Source of the DNA: Chloroflexota bacterium
GTDB lineage: Bacteria; Chloroflexota; Dehalococcoidia; GIF9; AB-539-J10
Length of the DNA stretch: 64,000 bases
Direction of reading: 5' to 3'
NCBI GenBank assembly: GCA_034722275.1
Contig: JAYENW010000020.1
Location: 2,379-66,378 of the forward strand
Below, one piece after another: positions 48,120-58,662 of the stretch. The notes beneath the pieces are model-generated. The model was not told the DNA's origin and made no database searches. It saw only the letters and a program-made list of their open reading frames with translations. How positions within the stretch are numbered: the first letter of the stretch is position 1; each line of letters begins with the position of its first letter. A program made the translations under genes and the position numbers.

Positions 48120-49385
48120 GTGAATGAAATGAAAAGGAGAGTAGTTGTTACCGGGGTTGGTGCGGTTACTCCTCTGGCTACTGGAGCTGAAAAATCCTGG
48201 CAGGCACTGTGCCAGGGAAAATCGGGTGTGGGGAAAATCACCAAGTTTGATGCTTCAGGTTTCCATGTGCAAATTGCTGCTGAGTTGAAGGATTTCCATC
48301 CGGAGGATTTTCTGGACAAGAAGAAAATTCGCCGTACTGACCCTTTTATTCACTATGCTTTGGCAGCGGCACGCATGGCGCTGGAAGATTCTGGATTAGT
48401 TATCAATCAAGGCAATTGCGATAGAGTAGGAACGGTGGTGGGCACATGTGCCGGTGGCATGCTTACCTATGAAAAGAATGTCCTTGCTCTTGCAACGGGA
48501 GGACCGAATAGCATTTCCCCCTTCTTTATCCCTGGATTTATAGCTAACATGGCAGCGGGAGAAGTTTCCATCATTTTTGGTGCCAAAGGTCCCAGCAAAT
48601 GTGTGGTTACTGCCTGTGCTACTGGCAGCCATTCTATTGGTGATGCTTTCCGACTGATTCAATATGGAGAGGCTGATGCCATGATTGCTGGAGGGAGCGA
48701 GGCTTACATTATCCCTATGGGAATTGCCGGCCTGGATAGGATAAGGGCAATATCAAGGCGAAATGATGAACCTGAAAAAGCCAGTCGTCCTTTTGAAAAA
48801 AACCGTGATGGTTTTGTAGTGGGGGAAGGAGGGGGTATTGTCATCCTGGAAAAGCTTGAATCAGCCATAAAAAGAGGGGCTAAAATTTACGCTGAAATCG
48901 TGGGCTATGGCTCTAATATTGATGGTTTTCACATAACTGAGCCAGATTGGGAGAATCAGACTCGCTGCATCAGGCTGGCTTTGCGTGATGCTGGTATCTC
49001 ACCTGATAGTGTTGACTATGTCAATGCTCATGGCACATCCACTATCCTCAATGACCTGGCTGAGACGAAAGCCATAAAGGCTACCCTGGGAGAACATAGC
49101 AAAAAGATATCTGTAAGCTCCATCAAATCAATGACGGGTCACCTGTTGGCGGCAGCCGGCGCTGTGGAAGCCATTTCCACTGTTTTAACCATGAGAGATA
49201 GTATTATCCCGCCCACCATAAACTATGAGACTCCTGATCCTGAATGCGATTTGGACTATGTCCCCAATGTAGCTAGAAAGGCAGAGGTCAACATAGCTAT
49301 TTCCAATTCTTTTGGCTTTGGTGGTGCTAACGCTGTGCTGGTTTTCAAGAAGTTCAGAGAAGCACGAGATTACATTTCCCAGTAA
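48120..49385 (+). CDS. fabF: 3-oxoacyl-ACP synthase II (KAS II), copy 2
   Basis: The 421-aa product has a Cys-His-His triad (ACATGSHS, NAHGTST, GHLLAAAGA). A GTG start lies 7 nt after a GGAGG. The 3' end is nearly identical at nucleotide level to copy 1. Confidence 0.85.
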   Translation: MNEMKRRVVVTGVGAVTPLATGAEKSWQALCQGKSGVGKITKFDASGFHVQIAAELKDFHPEDFLDKKKIRRTDPFIHYALAAARMALEDSGLVINQGNCDRVGTVVGTCAGGMLTYEKNVLALATGGPNSISPFFIPGFIANMAAGEVSIIFGAKGPSKCVVTACATGSHSIGDAFRLIQYGEADAMIAGGSEAYIIPMGIAGLDRIRAISRRNDEPEKASRPFEKNRDGFVVGEGGGIVILEKLESAIKRGAKIYAEIVGYGSNIDGFHITEPDWENQTRCIRLALRDAGISPDSVDYVNAHGTSTILNDLAETKAIKATLGEHSKKISVSSIKSMTGHLLAAAGAVEAISTVLTMRDSIIPPTINYETPDPECDLDYVPNVARKAEVNIAISNSFGFGGANAVLVFKKFREARDYISQ

Positions 49386-49506
49386 GGCAAGCAAAATTCG
49401 AGCTTCATTTAGCTTTAAGCCTTTTGTTTTTGGCGTGCCGCTTAGAAACCAGCTTTATACGCGTGGCGTGTTTTTCAAAAGGCTCTATTTTGCCATGTGT
49501 AACGAT

Positions 49507-50853
49507 TTATTTGGGCTCAATGAGGTCACCCTTTGCCTTAACTAGGTTATGGTAATTGATGTTTGAGCTATAAGACAATGCTGCGGCAGCGAGACTCTTG
49601 GTGGCCTGTAAGGTCTTAACAAACTTGAGTCGAATAGAGTGATGGGAGTAAATACGGCGAGCGCCTTCCAGCGCTGCAGTTGAAAACTCTTGTGGTGTCA
49701 TTAAGGTCGGTCTGTAGGTAACTTCTGATAGGTCATAGTGTTCCCAGTCAGTCGGGAAATTGGTGTAGAGCAAGCGCCCCTCATCCCATAGCTTGTTGAA
49801 CAGCCGTGTCCCTGGCAACGGTGTCAAATAGCTCATCTGTACCGCATCAACCCCGCTGTGCAGGATATAATCGGTGCGGCGGCGTAGTTTTTCTGGCGTG
49901 TCGTTATCCATCCCGTAGATGAAGGCACCCAATACGGCAATGCCATGGTGGTCAATGCGTCGGAAGACTTCTTTGTAGTTATCCACGCCCTTCTTCAAGT
50001 TTACCTTCTTGTCTATCTCCTTAAGCATATCGTTATCCTCTGCTTCCACCCCGAGAAAAACCATGAGGCAGCCGCTTCTGGCAGCGTATTTCAGTACTTC
50101 CTCGTTGTCAGCGAAGTTCATTGATGCCTGGCACCACCAATCCTTTTTAATGCCCCGTTCGGTAATCCCCTTGAATAATGCGATAGCTCTCTTCTCAGCT
50201 TTCTTACTCCATCCAATGATATTATCGTCAACGAAGAAAACTCTTTTTTTCGGAATGGTTTCCAATTCATCCAGTACCTCATCTACTGGCCGCTGGCGGT
50301 AGTGGTGACCGTTAAAGGCAGTCACGGAGCAGAACTCGCAATTCATAGGACAGCCCCTGGAAGTCTGAATGGTGTCAAACATATACTTGGGTGAAAAGAG
50401 GTCACGCCGTGGCTTAACCATCCCCGCCAGGTCCAGCCAATTTCCCTGATAGACATGTTGCATCCCACCAGCCATAAAATCAGTGATTACCTGAGGCCAG
50501 ATACTCTCTGCTTCACCAATGACTACGGTATCCACATAGCGCAGTGCCTCTTCGGGAAGCATTGAGGCATGAATACCACCTATCACGGTGGGGATACCTT
50601 GTTCTCGATAGATGCTGGCAATCTCATAGGCTCGAGGAGCAGCAACAGTGAAGGCAGTTAGACCAACAAGATCAGCCTCCTGATACTTGAAGGGCTCAAA
50701 GTTCTCATCAACTAAGGTTATTTCCCACTCAGCAGGTGTCAAGGCGGCTATGACTCCCAGTGCCAGTGGTGGGAAACAGGAGCTAGGATTTACAGTTAGC
50801 CCGGCGTGATGAGGATTAACAGGATTAATTAGAAGCAATTTCCGCCTGTTCAT
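49507..50853 (-). CDS. B12-binding radical SAM protein (class B)
   Basis: The 448-aa product has an N-terminal cobalamin-binding Rossmann domain and the radical SAM motif SRGCPMNCEFCSV. Confidence 0.8.
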   Translation of the reverse strand: MNRRKLLLINPVNPHHAGLTVNPSSCFPPLALGVIAALTPAEWEITLVDENFEPFKYQEADLVGLTAFTVAAPRAYEIASIYREQGIPTVIGGIHASMLPEEALRYVDTVVIGEAESIWPQVITDFMAGGMQHVYQGNWLDLAGMVKPRRDLFSPKYMFDTIQTSRGCPMNCEFCSVTAFNGHHYRQRPVDEVLDELETIPKKRVFFVDDNIIGWSKKAEKRAIALFKGITERGIKKDWWCQASMNFADNEEVLKYAARSGCLMVFLGVEAEDNDMLKEIDKKVNLKKGVDNYKEVFRRIDHHGIAVLGAFIYGMDNDTPEKLRRRTDYILHSGVDAVQMSYLTPLPGTRLFNKLWDEGRLLYTNFPTDWEHYDLSEVTYRPTLMTPQEFSTAALEGARRIYSHHSIRLKFVKTLQATKSLAAAALSYSSNINYHNLVKAKGDLIEPK

Positions 50854-51226
50854 ACTATCTCTTAGCCTTTACTCACAAATTGCTATACTTAGACTCAACC
50901 TCTGCCCCAGCTCTGCCTAACATCCAGATTGCACGATGTTAAGTTCAGCTAATCAGCGCATTTCTAATTTATACTGTATAGAGGGATATTGTAAATAGTG
51001 AATGGAGAAGTCGTGTTTCATATTTGCATTTTACCATTTTATTCGATATGAAGGGCAAATCCACAATTACCGCGCTTTCTTGCAAAGACACAGGATGAAT
51101 ATTTACGGAATATTTTTCAATATTTGTTGTATAATGCCTCGAATAGTGATATATTACTGTAGTATTAGTAGCAGAAATGTTGATGGGACAGATATCTGTC
51201 TTTAGTATGCTGAGAGGAGGTAAGAA

Positions 51227-52708
51227 GTGAATCTGAAGGAGATGCTGGAGGGAACTGCCCGCGAAGTACCACAAAAGACGGCTATTGTTCTTGATTCCCA
51301 CAGGGTTACTTATGGAGAATTAGAGGAAACTTCCAACAGGGTGGCTAATGCGCTCATAGAGCTTGGGGTGGAGAGAAATGACCGTGTAGCTATTTTGATG
51401 TCTCATAGCCCTGGGTGGGTCATCAATTATTTCGGTGTTATTAAAGCTGGTGGGGTAGCTGTTCTGCTAAGTTCCATGCTCAAAGCGCCCGAGCTTGATT
51501 CTTTCTTGCGTGACTCTGATACTGAAATCCTGATAACGGAAAAAAGCTTTCTGCCAATTCTTCCCACGAGTTTGCCTGCTGCGGTAAAGCAGGTTCTCGA
51601 GGTGGATGGAAATCATTATCAAATGATGCTAGCCAGGAGTTCTGCTATATCGCCTGATATTGATATAAAGGATGACGATGAAGCTACTGTCATGTGCGTC
51701 GCTGGTGTGCTGGGAAAACAGAGGGGTGTAGTGCATACGCATGCTTCTCTCACAGGGCCTCTTAGTATAATTTCCACGGGCATAGGACGGAGCAGAGAAG
51801 ATGTCGTCGTAGACCCCATTCCCTTTTTCTATCTTCTGGGATTGGGTGAGGTTCTTCTGGGTTCCATTAAGGAAGGGTCCACTATAGTAATCGTTCCTCA
51901 TTTCAGCCCGAGAGAGGTTTTGGAAGTCATAGAGAGAGAAAGAGGCAGCATCCTTTTCGGAGTTCCGGCAATATATAATACTCTGGCCATGGTGCGTGAT
52001 GAGGTTATCAAGAACTATGACATCAGTTCATTACGAGTAGCTTCCAGCGCAGGCGCAAAATCGTCTCCAGACCTGATGAAGATGCTGGAAGATAAATTCA
52101 ATTTAGTTTTTTGTGAGACATATGGTCTTTCTGAAAGCTTTGTTGTCTCTATGAGTACTCTTGATAACCATAAACTGGGGGCGGTAGGCAAGCCAATTTG
52201 TAGCCTCAAGATAGTGGATGATGATGGAAACGAAGTTACTCAAGGTGAAATAGGGGAAGCTGTCTTCAAAGTCCCCTGGATAGTGAAGGGATATTATAAG
52301 GCGCCTGATCTCACCGCCCAGGTTATCAGAAATGGTTGGTTTCATACCGGAGATTTGGTCAGGATGGATGAAAATGGTTATCTTGAGTATGTGGAGAAGA
52401 AGTCATTTGTAATAGTGACTCCAAAAGGGCTGAAAATTTCTCCCTGGGAGGTTGAAGATGTGCTTTTGAGGTATCCTGCTGTGTCTGCAGCAGCCTGTGT
52501 GGGTGTTAAAAATGGACGGGTTGATGAGATTCCCACAGCTTTCATAGTGCTTAAAGAAGGACAAAATGTTACTGTAGAAGAGTTAGCCAGTTTTTGCCAG
52601 CAAAATCTGGCTAATTTTAAGCAGCCAGAACAAATCAAGTTTGTGGATAGCATACCCAAGACTGGCTCGGGAGAAATTGATAGGCGGTGGCTTAAAGAGA
52701 AAGGGTAG
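51227..52708 (+). CDS. AMP-dependent synthetase/ligase (long-chain acyl-CoA synthetase-like)
   Basis: The 493-aa product is in the ANL superfamily, with TGD...GYLEYVEKKS and C-terminal Lys motifs. A perfect TATAAT lies about 95 nt upstream (51130-51135). Confidence 0.8.
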   Translation: MNLKEMLEGTAREVPQKTAIVLDSHRVTYGELEETSNRVANALIELGVERNDRVAILMSHSPGWVINYFGVIKAGGVAVLLSSMLKAPELDSFLRDSDTEILITEKSFLPILPTSLPAAVKQVLEVDGNHYQMMLARSSAISPDIDIKDDDEATVMCVAGVLGKQRGVVHTHASLTGPLSIISTGIGRSREDVVVDPIPFFYLLGLGEVLLGSIKEGSTIVIVPHFSPREVLEVIERERGSILFGVPAIYNTLAMVRDEVIKNYDISSLRVASSAGAKSSPDLMKMLEDKFNLVFCETYGLSESFVVSMSTLDNHKLGAVGKPICSLKIVDDDGNEVTQGEIGEAVFKVPWIVKGYYKAPDLTAQVIRNGWFHTGDLVRMDENGYLEYVEKKSFVIVTPKGLKISPWEVEDVLLRYPAVSAAACVGVKNGRVDEIPTAFIVLKEGQNVTVEELASFCQQNLANFKQPEQIKFVDSIPKTGSGEIDRRWLKEKG

Positions 52709-52860
52709 GCTAAATTCTCCTTCATCACATATACTGTAGTGACCAGGATTGATTGTTCCCAGCCCTTCATAGAGCTTGGCATTAGAGGCCTTCAACAGGA
52801 TAAATCTCGCTGTGTTAAAGCTGTTTGGGGTTTTAGCGAATTGATTTCTGATGAAGTAAT

Positions 52861-53550
52861 TTGATGTTAATTAACGTTGCATTTATTGCAGGCAGTTACC
52901 TTTTCGGCGCTCTTCCCTTTACGACTGCTCTGGCTAAAGCGAGTGGTTTGGATTTGTCTCAGGAAAGAGACTTGCATATTGCCTTGCAGCGTAAAGTAAG
53001 CAAGTTTCGTGCTTCACTCGCAAGCTTTGTTGATTTTATTAAAGGAAGTATCGCTGTGCTTATTGGTTTTGGCTTTAATTTGTTGCCTGCCGTCGTTGTT
53101 TTGTCCGGCGTAGCTGTCGTAGTGGGACAAATGTGGCCTCCATTTCGCAGTTGCCATGGAGAAAAAGGGAATAGTACCGGCAGCGCCGTAATAATTACCC
53201 TGGCTTTGATATATGAGGCATATATTGTTTTGATTTGCCTTGCATTCTTCGCCGTAGGTTCTGGCTTGAGGCTTATTACCTATCGACGATTTCCTGACCC
53301 CACTCATCCTGTAGCTCTGGCTTTGCCCGCAGGTATGTTTCTGGGTTTTGCTGCAGCTCCTTTGGCTTCCTGGTGTTCCGGGCAGCCAAAGAGTATCACT
53401 TTAGGACTCCTTGCTTTATTTATCATCATCGTCGCACGGCGTTTAACTACTTACCTCAAGGCAGATCTTAAAGCAAATCGCAGCATTTCACAAATACTGG
53501 TCAATCGTCTTCTTTTCGACCAGTCATTTCTGGAGAAAGCACAGAAGTAA
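52861..53550 (+). CDS. PlsY-family membrane protein, divergent paralog B
   Basis: The product is roughly 60-65% identical by eye to paralog A at 27155-27898 (GALPFTTALAKASGLD, FIKGSIAVLIGFGF, VGQMWPPFRSCHGEKGN). It likewise lacks the GSGNxGATN motif 1. Confidence 0.5.
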   Translation: MMLINVAFIAGSYLFGALPFTTALAKASGLDLSQERDLHIALQRKVSKFRASLASFVDFIKGSIAVLIGFGFNLLPAVVVLSGVAVVVGQMWPPFRSCHGEKGNSTGSAVIITLALIYEAYIVLICLAFFAVGSGLRLITYRRFPDPTHPVALALPAGMFLGFAAAPLASWCSGQPKSITLGLLALFIIIVARRLTTYLKADLKANRSISQILVNRLLFDQSFLEKAQK

Positions 53551-53626
53551 CTCTTGTAATCGCTCTTTCTTGACAGATTAATTCCTTCGAGCTAACCTAT
53601 TTACCTAGTTATTCGAGGTATAAAGT

Positions 53627-54490
53627 ATGGATAAGGTAGCTATCGTTACTGACAGCGCTGCCTGCTTGCCTGAAGATGTGGTAAGAGAGTATGGCATCGA
53701 AGTTGTGCCTCTGAGATTTATCTATGCTGGTAAAGTTTACCGGGATGGGATAGATATAACCCCAGACAAAATCTATCGCATCTTTCCTCGAGCCAAGAAT
53801 TTGCCTACTACTTCGTCGCCTTCTCCAGGAAATTATTATGAGGCTTTAGAAAAAGTAGCTCAAAAACATAGCAAAGTTTTAGTAATAACACTGTCTTCTA
53901 AATTCAGCATGGCATTTGATTCAGCGAAAATTGCTGCCAAGATAGCTGAGGAAAAGCTGAAAAACATTGTTGTTGAAGTGGTTGATTGTGGTACTGCTGC
54001 TGGAGCTCAAGGACTTGTTGTTTTAGCAGCGGCTAAAGCAGCGAGAGTAGAAGGAAGCCTGACCAAGGTGACCGAAGTCGCCAAAAATGTTATGTCTCGG
54101 GTTAATTTAATAGCTTTCTTGGATACGCTTTATTATCTAGCTAAAGGCGGTCGTGTGCCCAGAGTTGTTGCTTGGGCAAATTCTTTAGTTAAAATTAAGC
54201 CTATCTTTCAGATTGCTCCGCTATCGGGTGAAGCCAGCATTATGAAAATAGTCAGGACTAGGCCTGAGGCTATAAAGCAATTACTGGAGCTGGTGAAGGA
54301 AAAGGTGGAGGGAAAATCTATCCATGCTATAGTTATGCATAGCCAGAGTTTGGCTGAAGCAGAAAACTTAAAGGAACGTCTTGTGTCTCATTTCCTCTGC
54401 GACGAAATCTATATCAGTGATTTCACTCCAGTCATGGGAATACACACAGGCCCAGGTGTTTTAGGCATCGCTTTTTACACTGATGACTAG
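53627..54490 (+). CDS. DegV family fatty-acid-binding protein (FakB-like), copy 2
   Basis: The 287-aa product has the DegV fold (VAIVTDSAACLPEDV...). Confidence 0.8.
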   Translation: MDKVAIVTDSAACLPEDVVREYGIEVVPLRFIYAGKVYRDGIDITPDKIYRIFPRAKNLPTTSSPSPGNYYEALEKVAQKHSKVLVITLSSKFSMAFDSAKIAAKIAEEKLKNIVVEVVDCGTAAGAQGLVVLAAAKAARVEGSLTKVTEVAKNVMSRVNLIAFLDTLYYLAKGGRVPRVVAWANSLVKIKPIFQIAPLSGEASIMKIVRTRPEAIKQLLELVKEKVEGKSIHAIVMHSQSLAEAENLKERLVSHFLCDEIYISDFTPVMGIHTGPGVLGIAFYTDD

Positions 54491-54645
54491 ATAGTATATC
54501 CAAGACTAACTCGGGGAAGATTATAGCGAGTGCCATAGTAAGGGCAGACTAAACAAATAACGATAGTTCGACTTTGGGGACATACATAAGGAAGTGTTAG
54601 TGTATTGTGGTATTATCGGTCAGATTGTGCTGAAAGGAGCGTAAC

Positions 54646-56178
54646 TTGAAAATACTCTTTGTTTATCCACAGTATCCAGATACCTTCTGGAGTTTTAAGC
54701 ATGCTTTAAGATTCATTTCTAAGAAGGCAAGTTTTGCCCCTTTGGGTCTACTAACTGTAGCCGCAATGCTTCCCGATGAGTGGGAGAAAAAACTTGTAGA
54801 TATGAATACAGTAACCCTGACTGATAAAGACCTCAAGTGGGCTGATTATGTGTTTATCAGCGCTATGGCAGTGCAACAAGATTCGGCGAGGGAAGTCATT
54901 ACTAGGTGTAAGAAATTCGGGACTAAGACTGTTGCCGGTGGTCCTCTTTTTAGCGCCGGATACGAAGAGTTTGGTTTTGATGATATAGACCATCTTATAT
55001 TTAATGAGGCTGAAAATATACTGCCGCTCTTTTTAGAAGATCTAGAGAAGGGATGTGCCAAGCATATTTACACATCTGAGGAACGACCAGATATAACAAA
55101 AACTCCTGTACCTTTATGGTCACTTATCGACAAGAAGAAATACCAATTAATGAGTATCCAGTATTCTCGAGGCTGCCCTTTCAACTGCGAGTTCTGTGAT
55201 ATCGTTGTAATAAACGGGCATAGACCACGAACCAAAGACAAAAATCAGATAATAGCCGAACTGGACACATTATACAATTTGGGGTGGCGAGGTACCGTAT
55301 TCTTTGTTGATGATAATTTTATCGGCAACAAGCAAAAATTAAAGTCGGAAATTCTACCGACAATAATTGAATGGATGAAAGAAAAAAACAGCCCCTTTTC
55401 ACTTTTTACGGAAGCATCTATAAATCTTGCCGATGATGAAGAGCTAATGCGGCTGATGGTAGAGGCAGGATTTAATATGGTATTTGTTGGCATCGAAAGC
55501 CCGAATGCAAAAAGCCTAGTTGAATGTAACAAAATGCCAAATAAAAATCGTGATTTACTGGCATCAGTTAAAAAGCTTCAAAACCACGGCTTGCAAGTGC
55601 AGGGAGGGTTTATTGTAGGTTTTGATAGTGACCCACTTTCAATTTTCAAGAGCCAAATCAGCTTCATTCAAAAGAGTGGAGTCGTTACCGCTATGGTGGG
55701 TGTGCTAATGGCTCCTCCGGGAACAAGACTATACAAACGTCTAAAAAAGGAGAAGCGCCTGCTGCCAGGAGGTACTGGTGACAATACAGACGGTTCAACT
55801 AATTTCATTCCTAAAATGGGCCGCGAAACACTTGCTAAGGGCTATAAGCACATCTTGAGTACAATCTATTCGCCCAAGCCATACTACGAACGTATTAAAA
55901 CCTTTCTAAAAGAGTATAAACCTAAAAGCGAAAGAAAAGGTAATATTAGCCCTCGCTATATCGGAGCATTGATTAAATCTATGTGGGTTCTGGGTATCAA
56001 GGAAAAAGGGAGAAGGTACTATTGGAGGCTGTTTGTCTGGACCCTGCTGAAAAAACCCAAGTCTTTCCCTTTATCCATAACCCTTGCTATTCAGGGATTT
56101 CATTTCCGCAAAGTCACCGAGAAAATACATGTACCCCCAATTAGGGATATCCGCTGGCTAGAGCAAACAAGAACCTAA
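54646..56178 (+). CDS. B12-binding radical SAM protein with C-terminal DUF4070-like extension
   Basis: The 510-aa product has an N-terminal B12-binding domain and the motif YSRGCPFNCEFCDI. Its long C-terminal tail is typical of the DUF4070 subgroup. Confidence 0.8.
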   Translation: MKILFVYPQYPDTFWSFKHALRFISKKASFAPLGLLTVAAMLPDEWEKKLVDMNTVTLTDKDLKWADYVFISAMAVQQDSAREVITRCKKFGTKTVAGGPLFSAGYEEFGFDDIDHLIFNEAENILPLFLEDLEKGCAKHIYTSEERPDITKTPVPLWSLIDKKKYQLMSIQYSRGCPFNCEFCDIVVINGHRPRTKDKNQIIAELDTLYNLGWRGTVFFVDDNFIGNKQKLKSEILPTIIEWMKEKNSPFSLFTEASINLADDEELMRLMVEAGFNMVFVGIESPNAKSLVECNKMPNKNRDLLASVKKLQNHGLQVQGGFIVGFDSDPLSIFKSQISFIQKSGVVTAMVGVLMAPPGTRLYKRLKKEKRLLPGGTGDNTDGSTNFIPKMGRETLAKGYKHILSTIYSPKPYYERIKTFLKEYKPKSERKGNISPRYIGALIKSMWVLGIKEKGRRYYWRLFVWTLLKKPKSFPLSITLAIQGFHFRKVTEKIHVPPIRDIRWLEQTRT

Positions 56179-56200
56179 CGGCTAAACGAAATTAGCCGTT
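56177..56200 (+). terminator. stable hairpin (9-bp stem AACGGCTAA / TTAGCCGTT) immediately after the radical SAM stop codon
   Basis: The structure was seen directly. It is followed by an A-run, not a U-tract, so function as an intrinsic terminator is uncertain. Confidence 0.3.
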
Positions 56201-56639
56201 AAAATAGTACTCAATCAAAGCGCACGGTTTGTTGAAAGAACTCTTGATCTGGTTCATATGATTAGACACACCTCAGCTCCTTTCTTCTATTTTGCGGAGA
56301 TTGTCTCAGAAACTCCTGTGGGGTGAGGTATCCCAGTGGCGGCTCAGTTCTCGTAGAGGTGCTAGGAAGGCTCATATATCTTGGCACGATTCAAAGCTAA
56401 ACAGCAAGGGCAAACGGTGTCCCGTTCTCCAAGATGCTGGGAATCGGAGGTAATGTGGTTGAGCGAGAGTGGTTATCTGATTTGAATTTTACCCCACCTG
56501 GTGACGCGACCAAGCAAGATGTTTTCCAAGAAGAAGGAAGCAGCCCATGCTTCCTGAGGAGGAGCTCTTTACCAGTGCATTGATAGAACAAGGGGATTGC
56601 TTGGCGTTCAGGACAATATTAAAATATGACATCATTGAA

Positions 56640-57260
56640 ATGCTAAACATCGTTATCAGCATCATAGCTGCCTATCTGCTGGGGTCTATTCCTTCAGCAT
56701 ATATTGCAGGCCGACTGAAAAAGGGGATAGATATTCGCAAAGTGGGCAGCAAGAACATGGGGACATTGAATGTTTACTATGAGGTGGGATTGGCAGAAGC
56801 AGTTCTGGTACTTATAGTTGATATAGCTAAAGGTATAGGAGCGATTCTCCTGTCCCGCTGGCTGGGACTCCCCGTGATATGGCAACTTGTCACTGGATTT
56901 ATGAGTGTAGCCGGTCATAGCTTCCCCATTTTCCTTCAGTTTCGTGGTGGCAAAGGCGGAGCTCCCGCTCTGGCTATCCTTCTTTTCCTCATGCCCATAG
57001 CAATCCCCATCTTCGTCGCCGTTGCCGTGATAGCTCTAATTGTTACCCGTAACTACACCTTCTGCTACAGTGTCGCCCTTATTACCTTTCCCTTTGCCGC
57101 TTGGCTGATTTATGGCTCCCAACCACTTATATTTTTCTCCATTGCGCTACTGCTCTTTCTGGGCACAAATTACATTCCCCGGTTCAAGGAAATGCATACA
57201 AAGACTGGCGGCAGGTGGTACAAGGTCGTCAAACGAAGGAACCTCAAGGAAAGACTATAG
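56640..57260 (+). CDS. plsY: glycerol-3-phosphate acyltransferase PlsY (acyl-phosphate dependent), canonical
   Basis: An ATG at 56640 gives a 206-aa protein with all PlsY motifs: GSKNMGTLNV (motif 1), DIAKG, and AGHSFPIFLQFRGGKGGA. The longer ORF-track start at 56547 adds an unlikely soluble 31-aa extension. Confidence 0.8.
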   Translation: MLNIVISIIAAYLLGSIPSAYIAGRLKKGIDIRKVGSKNMGTLNVYYEVGLAEAVLVLIVDIAKGIGAILLSRWLGLPVIWQLVTGFMSVAGHSFPIFLQFRGGKGGAPALAILLFLMPIAIPIFVAVAVIALIVTRNYTFCYSVALITFPFAAWLIYGSQPLIFFSIALLLFLGTNYIPRFKEMHTKTGGRWYKVVKRRNLKERL

Positions 57261-57473
57261 CAAGTTGTCTATTCTTCCACCCTTCTCCTTTTGACCTAAT
57301 CCCACCCCCCTTTTGGTTTTCTTATTCAACATCGTTATGTCCTCCATGTGATGAGCTTTTCACAAACATTTATAGAGGGACAAGACCGTACAAAACGACA
57401 TCTCCAACATCAAAATACGAAAAATGCTCTCCGCAAATGTGAAGATTGATGCTCCATCCATTCGATTGCCTAG

Positions 57474-58316
57474 CTACCTCTTATCTCCCAGTATAGCTAC
57501 CAGCAAGAGACCAGGCCCGGTATGTGTGCCGATTGCTGGAGTCATTTTTGACCGATAGATACGCTCCTTGGGGAATTTAGCGCTAAGTTGCTCAAGCAGT
57601 GTCTCCGCTTCGTCGGGACAAGCAGTGTCTTCCACAGCCATGTCCTCGATGCAGGAATAGTTCATAGCGAAGCCACGTAAGTGTTTTATCGCTTTAGCTC
57701 GAAAGTATGCTCTGCCTGCGGGTTCAACCACACCATCCCTTAGGGTGATTAGTGGATTCACCCTAAGTACTGACCCTAGAAAAGTTTGAGCCTTACCAAT
57801 ACGACCACCTCTGCGGAGATAGTCCAGGGTATCAAAAGTGCATAGAAAATCCACACGGGGAATAGTCTTTCGGGTTATCTCTATCACCTCGTCAAGGCTA
57901 GCGCCAGCCTGAGCTGCTTTGGCTGCCTTCATGACTATGAATCCCTCTGCCATAGTAGCCCATTCTGAGTCAATCACTTCTACCCTGCATTTTTTCTTCA
58001 TCAGCCCAACGCTTTGTTTCGCTACCTCATAGGTGCCACTGAGCTTGGAACTAAGAGTGATAGCAAGGACTTCATCCGTGTCTTCAGCCAGCTTGTCATA
58101 TGCCTCAGCGAAGGTTCCAGGCGATGGTACTGAGGTACCTGGAAGGGTCTTGCTCTGCTTTAGTTTCTTATAGAACTGCTCAGCAGTCAAGTCAATGCTA
58201 TCGCGGTAAACCTTTTCTCCAAAGCGAACAAGTATGGGAATCACCGTAATCCCCAGCTCTTTAACCACATCAGATGGCAAATCCGCAACGCTGTCAGTTA
58301 CAATCTTCACTGTCAT
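57474..58316 (-). CDS. DegV family fatty-acid-binding protein (FakB-like), copy 3
   Basis: The 280-aa product has the DegV fold (VKIVTDSVADLPSDV...). Confidence 0.8.
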   Translation of the reverse strand: MTVKIVTDSVADLPSDVVKELGITVIPILVRFGEKVYRDSIDLTAEQFYKKLKQSKTLPGTSVPSPGTFAEAYDKLAEDTDEVLAITLSSKLSGTYEVAKQSVGLMKKKCRVEVIDSEWATMAEGFIVMKAAKAAQAGASLDEVIEITRKTIPRVDFLCTFDTLDYLRRGGRIGKAQTFLGSVLRVNPLITLRDGVVEPAGRAYFRAKAIKHLRGFAMNYSCIEDMAVEDTACPDEAETLLEQLSAKFPKERIYRSKMTPAIGTHTGPGLLLVAILGDKR

Positions 58317-58595
58317 GACTTCTTAAAGTGGCGACAGGTGAGCCTGGCATTGTAAAATTGTGGAAGTTGTAGTAATCAAACCATTTGAGTCTTTGCCTGG
58401 GCTTCTTTGATAACCTGGGGGTGTTTGCCAAATATTTATATCCTGGCATCCTGCTATAAACATTTATAGTGCAGCCATTATAACACCCTTTGATAGTCTA
58501 TGTGTGTCACCCATCTATCTGGACTAGCTCAGATACGAAGTAATTTGTTTACTGCATTTCGTGCCGCAGCATTCGTAGTAATAATGATTAACATG

Positions 58596-58623
58596 TTGTA
58601 TTTGTGAGCGGAGAAGATAATAT
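58596..58623 (+). promoter_or_regulatory. candidate sigma70 promoter for the MFS gene (TTGTAT - 16 nt - TAATAT, with an adjacent TGTAGAAT extended -10-like element)
   Basis: Hexamers were read directly. The site lies about 40 nt upstream of the 58663 start, within a 346-nt divergent intergenic region. Confidence 0.25.
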
Positions 58624-58662
58624 GTAGAATGGTGTAGTTCAGCCAATAGCGATAATCTGAGA

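Noticed and set aside
58605-58616. lac-operator-like sequence TTGTGAGCGGA in the MFS promoter region
   Set aside because: It is a half-site-length resemblance only and there is no LacI-family regulator gene nearby. It is probably coincidental.
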